From Polyangiaceae bacterium (GTDB lineage: Bacteria > Myxococcota_A > Polyangia > Polyangiales > Polyangiaceae), in contig CBDCTZ010000015.1 of NCBI GenBank assembly GCA_965222375.1, positions 1,571,170-1,635,169 of the forward strand: a stretch of 64,000 nt of DNA, in the 5' to 3' direction. The position numbers and the translations under genes were made by a program. Below, piece by piece: positions 58,920-64,000 of the stretch. The first letter of the stretch is position 1, and each line of letters starts with the position of its first letter. The notes below the pieces were generated by a model that was not told where the DNA came from, did not search any database, and saw nothing but the letters and a program-made list of their open reading frames with translations.

Positions 58920-60603
58920 GGGCCCTCCAGAGTTGTGCGTTTTCGGCATCCTGGCCAAGGGCGGGGTTGTCCAGCCCTGCCATCGGAAACAGCGTCGCCT
59001 GTTCCAGCGCCACTTCGAAGCCGTCGTGGCTGCGATAAGAAAGGGTCTCATTGGTTTCGATCCCGAGCGGCGACTCTCCACCCGGGGTCGAAGACGCCTC
59101 GGCCGCCCAAGACGCAATCACGGCGACTTCCGCCTGGAGCTTACCCGTGGGCATATCGAGCAGGGTCAGCCGGCCGTGAGGTCGTACGTAGATTGCATCG
59201 GTGACGGTCCCGATGATCTCGCGGAACAGGATCCGGTCGACGCGATAGTCCGGGTGGAAGCGGAAGTTGTTCACCGTGTTGTCAAAGGGAGGCCGCGCCT
59301 GCGCACCATCGAGATCTCCCGCCACGGGGCTCTGCGCGCCGACCTTTGGAAACGCTCCGAAGCCAGGAGCCGAATCGCCACTCGCGAAACCGGCGTCGAG
59401 CCCGCCCAATAGACTCGAGTCGGCTTCGCCGAACTCGGATTGAAGCGCTGCGCCGAATTGGTCCGAGGTGGCGGGCTCCCGCACCACGACTCCCGGGATG
59501 AGCGACGGTTGATCAACCCGTGCATTGAGGTACGCGCCCTCGAATTCCACGCGCACCCAGGGCCCCACCCAACGCAGCCAGATGTCCGCCGCGGTTGCTG
59601 TGTAACCCCTTGAAACTACTTGGTTTTCATTGACAACAATGGGCGTCGCCGTGGGCAGGTAGCCGGCGGGCACATCGTCTTTCTGCCAGCGCCTCGACAC
59701 ATAGGCACCGTAGTCCACGGTGTGTTTTCCTGCTTTGCTGCGCCGCTCGCGGGCCCAGTCGCTGCGGTGCCGCATGAACGCGAAGGTCAGCGTATGCACG
59801 TTGGCATCCGGTGCGATGTCGATGAAACGGCTCTCGGCGCGGTCCGGCACAAAGGGCCCCGTCGCGGAAAAATCATAGGCCACGGCCCACAGATGCGAGA
59901 CCAACGGCGTCACGAAGGCGATGCGGTCCGCTGCGTCCCCAGAATCGCAATCCGCGCAGTCCCCCGAGTTGGTCAGCATGCCGAGGCCCCAATGGCTGCC
60001 CATGCGGCCCACGGCCAAAACGCCGAAGGGCGTCAAAGCTTCGCCCCACACGCGCTTGACCCGGATGGGATCGTCGGGGGATCGCTGGGTCGTCGTGCCA
60101 GACGGAATGCCATCGGGTCGGCTGCCGAGGGCAACGTTGTCGAGGATGTCTAGGCGCATCTTCGCTGCCACTCCGCCGCCGGGCGCGACAAATGCGATAT
60201 CCGTGCGCAGCCGCATGTCCGCGTGGGTCAAGGTCTGCCCCTTGGCGTCGTCCAACGGGACCGGGTACAACAGCTGGCCCGAGGGGGTGGGTCCGCGGTC
60301 CAGGTCCAAGTTGTAGAGCAGCGCCGCCCGGGTTCGGAACGAGCCATCCACGAGCACGCTTTCGGCAGGGGTGTAGCCCAGATCCGCCCCGTAGTCCGCG
60401 AAGGTCGTGGCGCGGGACTGCCCCGGGAAAGCCAAGCAAAACGCTGCGGTCGCGACGACACACCAGGGCCGCTGCAGTGAACGAACCCGGGCTGAACTGC
60501 CTGACCACCAGCGTCGAGCGGGGTGTTCAGCCGCCCACATACGCGGAACTCGGGCGCGGTCGTGCGCGGAGTTCAGGTGCGAGCCGTGGCGCGGGCCGGT
60601 CAC
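58900..60603 (-). CDS. Outer-membrane beta-barrel, probably TIGR04551-like
   Basis: Signal peptide, GRMGSHWGLG, FRFHPDYRVDRILFREIIG, C-terminal ..VAFYF. Confidence 0.72.
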   Translation of the reverse strand: MTGPRHGSHLNSAHDRARVPRMWAAEHPARRWWSGSSARVRSLQRPWCVVATAAFCLAFPGQSRATTFADYGADLGYTPAESVLVDGSFRTRAALLYNLDLDRGPTPSGQLLYPVPLDDAKGQTLTHADMRLRTDIAFVAPGGGVAAKMRLDILDNVALGSRPDGIPSGTTTQRSPDDPIRVKRVWGEALTPFGVLAVGRMGSHWGLGMLTNSGDCADCDSGDAADRIAFVTPLVSHLWAVAYDFSATGPFVPDRAESRFIDIAPDANVHTLTFAFMRHRSDWARERRSKAGKHTVDYGAYVSRRWQKDDVPAGYLPTATPIVVNENQVVSRGYTATAADIWLRWVGPWVRVEFEGAYLNARVDQPSLIPGVVVREPATSDQFGAALQSEFGEADSSLLGGLDAGFASGDSAPGFGAFPKVGAQSPVAGDLDGAQARPPFDNTVNNFRFHPDYRVDRILFREIIGTVTDAIYVRPHGRLTLLDMPTGKLQAEVAVIASWAAEASSTPGGESPLGIETNETLSYRSHDGFEVALEQATLFPMAGLDNPALGQDAENAQLWRARVAFYF

Positions 60604-61771
60604 TTGGGGGCTCCGTCGCCAAAGGGGTTGGGGGATAGTTTGGATGGCGCGTCCTTGCCGTCATCGACGCCTTCGGGTTTTCTGCGCAGGGGCGCTAGGA
60701 GCGGGTTTGGGCGGCGCGGGCTGTTTCGGTGGCGTCGGCGGCGCAGTTGGCTTTCCCGCGGGAGCGCTGGGAGTAGAGCTGGGACCCGACGCAGGAGGCG
60801 CTGGACTCTGCGAGGGTCCGGGCTGCTCACTCGCGGCTGGCGCAATTGGCTGTGCGGCAGTCGCGCCAGCCGCGTCCTTCGCCAAGAATGCGCTGAGCTC
60901 TCGCGTCGAGGCTTTGTCCGCCTCGAGCATCGGGAAGTGGCCGCAGCGGGGATACACCACCAATTTGGCATCCGGCAGGGTGCGGGCGAGACGCTCGCCA
61001 AAGCGAAGCGGGGGTGACCCGATCTTCCCGGCCCCAAAGCAACAACGTGGGTTTGTCGATGTCCGCGTAGGTCTTTTGGACCTCGGCGAAACGCTGGTCG
61101 CGGGCGGCAGCAAGCGCTGCGGCTTTGGTTCCCGGTCGCTGCAGCGAAAGCTCGATCTTTTCGGCGAACTCCTCGCTGACGAAGCTGCGGTCGTAGAACG
61201 CCATCGCCATCTTTTCGTCGGCTTTTTCCGTGTAGAACGCGCCGAAGATGATCTCGCCGATGCCGGAGGCGCGGGAGAAATGGAACGTCGTGGGCAGCTG
61301 CTCCTCGAATACCCAAGCGGCGTATAGAGCCATGCGACGCACCCGCGCTGGGTTGCTGAGGGCGAACTGCAGCGCGACGGATGCGCCCCAGGAATGACCC
61401 ACGACGGCCACGTCGCGGACGCCGCGCTGGTCCAATAGGGCGCGCACCAGCTTGGCTTGTGCGGCGGGCGAATAGTCACCCTCGGGGCGATCCGTCCAAC
61501 CGAAGCCCTTCAAGTCCAGAGCGATGACCCGATGTCGCTTGAGCAACTCGGGCTGGACCCGTTTCCAGGTGTGCATCGAGGACGCGAAGCCATGGAGCAA
61601 CACGACCGCAGGACCCTGCCCTTCGTCCACGTAGCGCACTCGCGCGCCCTCGACGCTGGCGAAGGTCGCGTTCTTGGGCTCCCCGGGCAAAGGGCCGGTG
61701 TGGAACGCGGGCGCGCAAGCACTCGCAGCAAGGGCGAGGGCGACGAGGGCAAGGCGCGCGAGGGCTGTCAC
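60600..61771 (-). CDS. Lipoprotein alpha/beta-hydrolase (esterase/depolymerase-like); frameshifted as sequenced
   Basis: Lipobox ASAC; LLHGF, DLKGFG, GHSWG, WGREDRV; catalytic His (CGHFP) is in another frame after the G5 run at 61010-61014; probable second slip at the T4 run 60678-60681. Confidence 0.82.
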
Positions 61772-61781
61772 GAAACCGCTC

Positions 61782-62750
61782 CTAGGGAGACAGGCGCTTG
61801 ATCTCTTTGGCCTGGGTGAACTCCACGAGGGGCTCGTTGTCGGCAGAGGAAAGCGTGGCGATGGTGCCGAAACACTCGGTGACGAAGGCGAAGCTTCGGA
61901 TGGTGGTTTTCACGATGCCCACGGTCCGCGTGAGGTTGCCCGCGATACGCAGGACTGGGAAGTCCGCAAAGGGCGTTTTGGCGCTACCGTGGGCGTCCAC
62001 GAAAAAGTCGTATTTCTCGGTGTAGAGGGCGGCCACTCCTTGGGCGAAGCCGGTCACATTGCTCGTGGTGGACCATTGCTTGCCCTCGGTCAGGGGGAAA
62101 TCCAGGGTTTTCACAGGTGGGTCGTACTTGAGCTCGGTGCGGGTTAGGCCGTCGGTGGGCGAAGCCACGCCCAGGAGCAACAGCGCGGTGTCGGTGATCT
62201 GGAAGACGCCCAGCAGATCCGAGGTGTCCGACAGCCGAGTGGCGTAAGTCGCCGTCGGGAACTTGCTAGCGAACCAAAAGGCGTCGGGCTTCTGGGTCTC
62301 GATCACGACCAGATGGTCGCCCGCGAGGGCACCCGCGAAGTTCCAGATCCGGCTGCCGTCGGTCTGCTTCGCCTCAGCGGTGCCGACCTTGGCGTCGAGG
62401 CCAACCAAGAACTTCGCATTCAGCCCCGCGGCCAGCGGCACCTCGGCTCGCTCGATGCTGCCATCTTGGTTGGGCAAGCAGGTCACCGTGCCGCCGCTTC
62501 CCGACGCACCCGCGCTGCCCCTCGCTCCGCCGGCACCCCCAGCGCCTCCGGTGCTTGCTCCAGCCGCGCCCGCCGCGCCGCTGCTGCCGCCGGTGCCGCC
62601 ACCCGACACGCAGCGGCCCGCATTGCAGGCGCCGCTCGCGCAATCTGCGCCTGTCTTGCATTGCTCGGAGTCTTCCGCAGACGCAGAGCAACCCAGAGCG
62701 CTCGCGAGTAGCGAAAGCCAGACCAGAGCGTTCATGTTGCGGCGCAGCAT
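61782..62750 (-). CDS. Uncharacterised lipoprotein, first gene of the leftward operon (start 62750 or 62735)
   Basis: Lipobox ALGC, Cys knot and Gly linker; CLPNQDGSIE, YDPPVKTLDFP and TECFG motifs. Confidence 0.82.
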   Translation of the reverse strand: MLRRNMNALVWLSLLASALGCSASAEDSEQCKTGADCASGACNAGRCVSGGGTGGSSGAAGAAGASTGGAGGAGGARGSAGASGSGGTVTCLPNQDGSIERAEVPLAAGLNAKFLVGLDAKVGTAEAKQTDGSRIWNFAGALAGDHLVVIETQKPDAFWFASKFPTATYATRLSDTSDLLGVFQITDTALLLLGVASPTDGLTRTELKYDPPVKTLDFPLTEGKQWSTTSNVTGFAQGVAALYTEKYDFFVDAHGSAKTPFADFPVLRIAGNLTRTVGIVKTTIRSFAFVTECFGTIATLSSADNEPLVEFTQAKEIKRLSP

Positions 62751-62864
62751 TGGGAGGGCCTAGGGATAGATCCAGGAACTCTTCCGGTCAAGGATGTTTT
62801 TGCGTTGCACAATGATTTTGTCGCATTTCTCCGGATTCAGCTTGCGCCACCATGCTGCGACGCA
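62738..62864. promoter_or_regulatory. Three PhaR-type boxes in the divergent promoter
   Basis: TGCGGCGCAGCA (62738 +), TGCGTTGCACAA (62801 +) and TGCGTCGCAGCA (62853-62864 -). Confidence 0.75.
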
Positions 62865-62877
62865 GTAGATCTGGACT

Positions 62878-63435
62878 GTGGCCGTCGTGATCAAGAAGTA
62901 CAGCAACCGGCGTCTCTACGACACGGACGAGAGCCGTTACATCACCCTGGATGAACTGACCGACAAGATCCGGAGCGGTACGGATGTGAGCGTCGTGGAC
63001 GCCAAAAGCGGCGAAGATTTGACCCAGGCCACCCTGACCCAAGTGATCTTGGAGACCAGCGCAGCGAAGCTGCTCCCGGTGCCGGTGCTGATGCGCCTGA
63101 TCCGCATGAAGGACGACGCTCTGGCCGAGTTTTTCGGGCAATACGTCTCAGTTACGCTGGATATGTACCTGCAAGCGAAGCAGGGCGCCCAAGCCATGCG
63201 CCCCTACTTTCCGTTGGCTTCGGTGCCCTTTTCAGCGGGAGAAACCCTCGCCCGGATGTTCTCCAACATCAGCCCCTGGGGCGTTGGACAAGGCGCGCCG
63301 CCGCGCCCGCCGGAGCCCGAAACCGAGCCGCCGGAGGACCATCGCCACAGCGATGTCGAAGAACTTCGCCAGGAGCTCGAGGCCCTGAAAAAAGAGCTGC
63401 GAGGCAGCAAGTCGAAGCGCAGACGCAGTCGTTGA
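62878..63435 (+). CDS. phaR: PHA synthesis regulator (PhaR DNA-binding domain)
   Basis: IKKYSNRRLYDTDESRYITL..VVDAKSGEDLTQATLTQVILE. Confidence 0.95.
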   Translation: MAVVIKKYSNRRLYDTDESRYITLDELTDKIRSGTDVSVVDAKSGEDLTQATLTQVILETSAAKLLPVPVLMRLIRMKDDALAEFFGQYVSVTLDMYLQAKQGAQAMRPYFPLASVPFSAGETLARMFSNISPWGVGQGAPPRPPEPETEPPEDHRHSDVEELRQELEALKKELRGSKSKRRRSR

Positions 63436-63439
63436 AAAT

Positions 63440-63454
63440 TGTTGCACTGCAACA
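63440..63454. promoter_or_regulatory. Palindromic PhaR-type box upstream of the phasin gene
   Basis: TGTTGCA-C-TGCAACA; TTGACA at 63462-63467. Confidence 0.75.
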
Positions 63455-63539
63455 TTTTTCGTTGACAGCCTGGACACTGGGGCTTACTCATTCGGGTGTC
63501 GCAGCCGGAAACTGCGCAAAACCGGAGTAAGAAACCATC

Positions 63540-63809
63540 ATGTTCATGCCCAACTTTACGCAACCGCAGCAACTTTTTGCTGCATGGAACAAAGCCGCCC
63601 AGGACCAGCTCAGCCGCATGGAGGCCCTCAACGGCCAAATGCAGAAGCTGTCCGGCCAAGGCGTCGAGCGCGCCCAGGAGGCCATCGAGGAGAGCGCCAA
63701 GCTGATGAAAGAGTCGGTCACCTACTCGCATCAGCTCGCCACCGAGTGGCAGAAGCTCAGCCTCGAGACGGTCAAGCAGTCCGTCGAGATGATGAAATCA
63801 GGGGCGTGA
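63540..63809 (+). CDS. Probable phasin (granule-associated protein)
   Basis: 89 aa amphipathic all-helical protein between phaR and phaC; GGAG RBS. Confidence 0.7.
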   Translation: MFMPNFTQPQQLFAAWNKAAQDQLSRMEALNGQMQKLSGQGVERAQEAIEESAKLMKESVTYSHQLATEWQKLSLETVKQSVEMMKSGA

Positions 63810-63813
63810 GCCG

Positions 63814-64000
63814 ATGCCCGCCGAGCCGACTCCCAAGGACACGCTCTTTCAAGACGGCACGGCCAAGCTGTACCGCTTTCGCGGTTCGGCCGCCGGCGGC
63901 GCTGCGAAAGCGGCGCTGCCGGTCCTGTTGGTCCCTTCGCTGATCAACCGCTGGTACGTGCTGGATCTGCGCCCGGGCGCATCCGTCGCGACGGCATTGG
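63814..64000 (+). CDS. phaC: Second PhaC-like PHA synthase (N-terminus, runs off the window)
   Basis: Own translation: [42 protein letters not shown], matching the first PhaC. Confidence 0.8.
   Translation, partial: MPAEPTPKDTLFQDGTAKLYRFRGSAAGGAAKAALPVLLVPSLINRWYVLDLRPGASVATAL

Noticed and set aside
1..64000. tRNA/rRNA genes and sigma-54 (-24/-12) promoters
   Set aside because: No convincing cloverleaf, rRNA signature or TGGCAC-N5-TTGC match found by eye; a computational scan could still find some

Overview
GC-rich 64 kb chromosomal window, most likely from a myxobacterium (Polyangiaceae/Sorangiineae-like). This is inferred from a MYXO-CTERM-type sorting tail, Cys-rich repeat lipoproteins, a Hanks Ser/Thr kinase, a DnaJ-TPR protein and a sigma-54 activator. 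Housekeeping genes (trpS, rnc, trmL, rph, queE, bioD) are interspersed with many envelope proteins. The accessory patch at about 6.2-12.6 kb holds two tandem-repeat arrays, a decayed HNH nuclease gene and an intact IS50/Tn5-like IS4 element with a 9-bp target duplication, inserted into a palindrome. The most interesting part is the right end (about 54.7-64 kb), a polyhydroxyalkanoate (PHA) locus. Its leftward operon couples class III-type phaC and a very short PhaE-like gene to an acyl-CoA ligase, an outer-membrane beta-barrel, two paralogous lipoproteins and a lipoprotein alpha/beta-hydrolase. It is divergent from phaR-phasin-second phaC and carries several PhaR-type TGC-N3-GCA boxes. This suggests an uptake/hydrolysis-to-storage system (inference). 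No rRNA, tRNA or CRISPR array was found. Several single-base homopolymer frameshifts may be assembly errors. All calls come from motif reading only; no database search was run.
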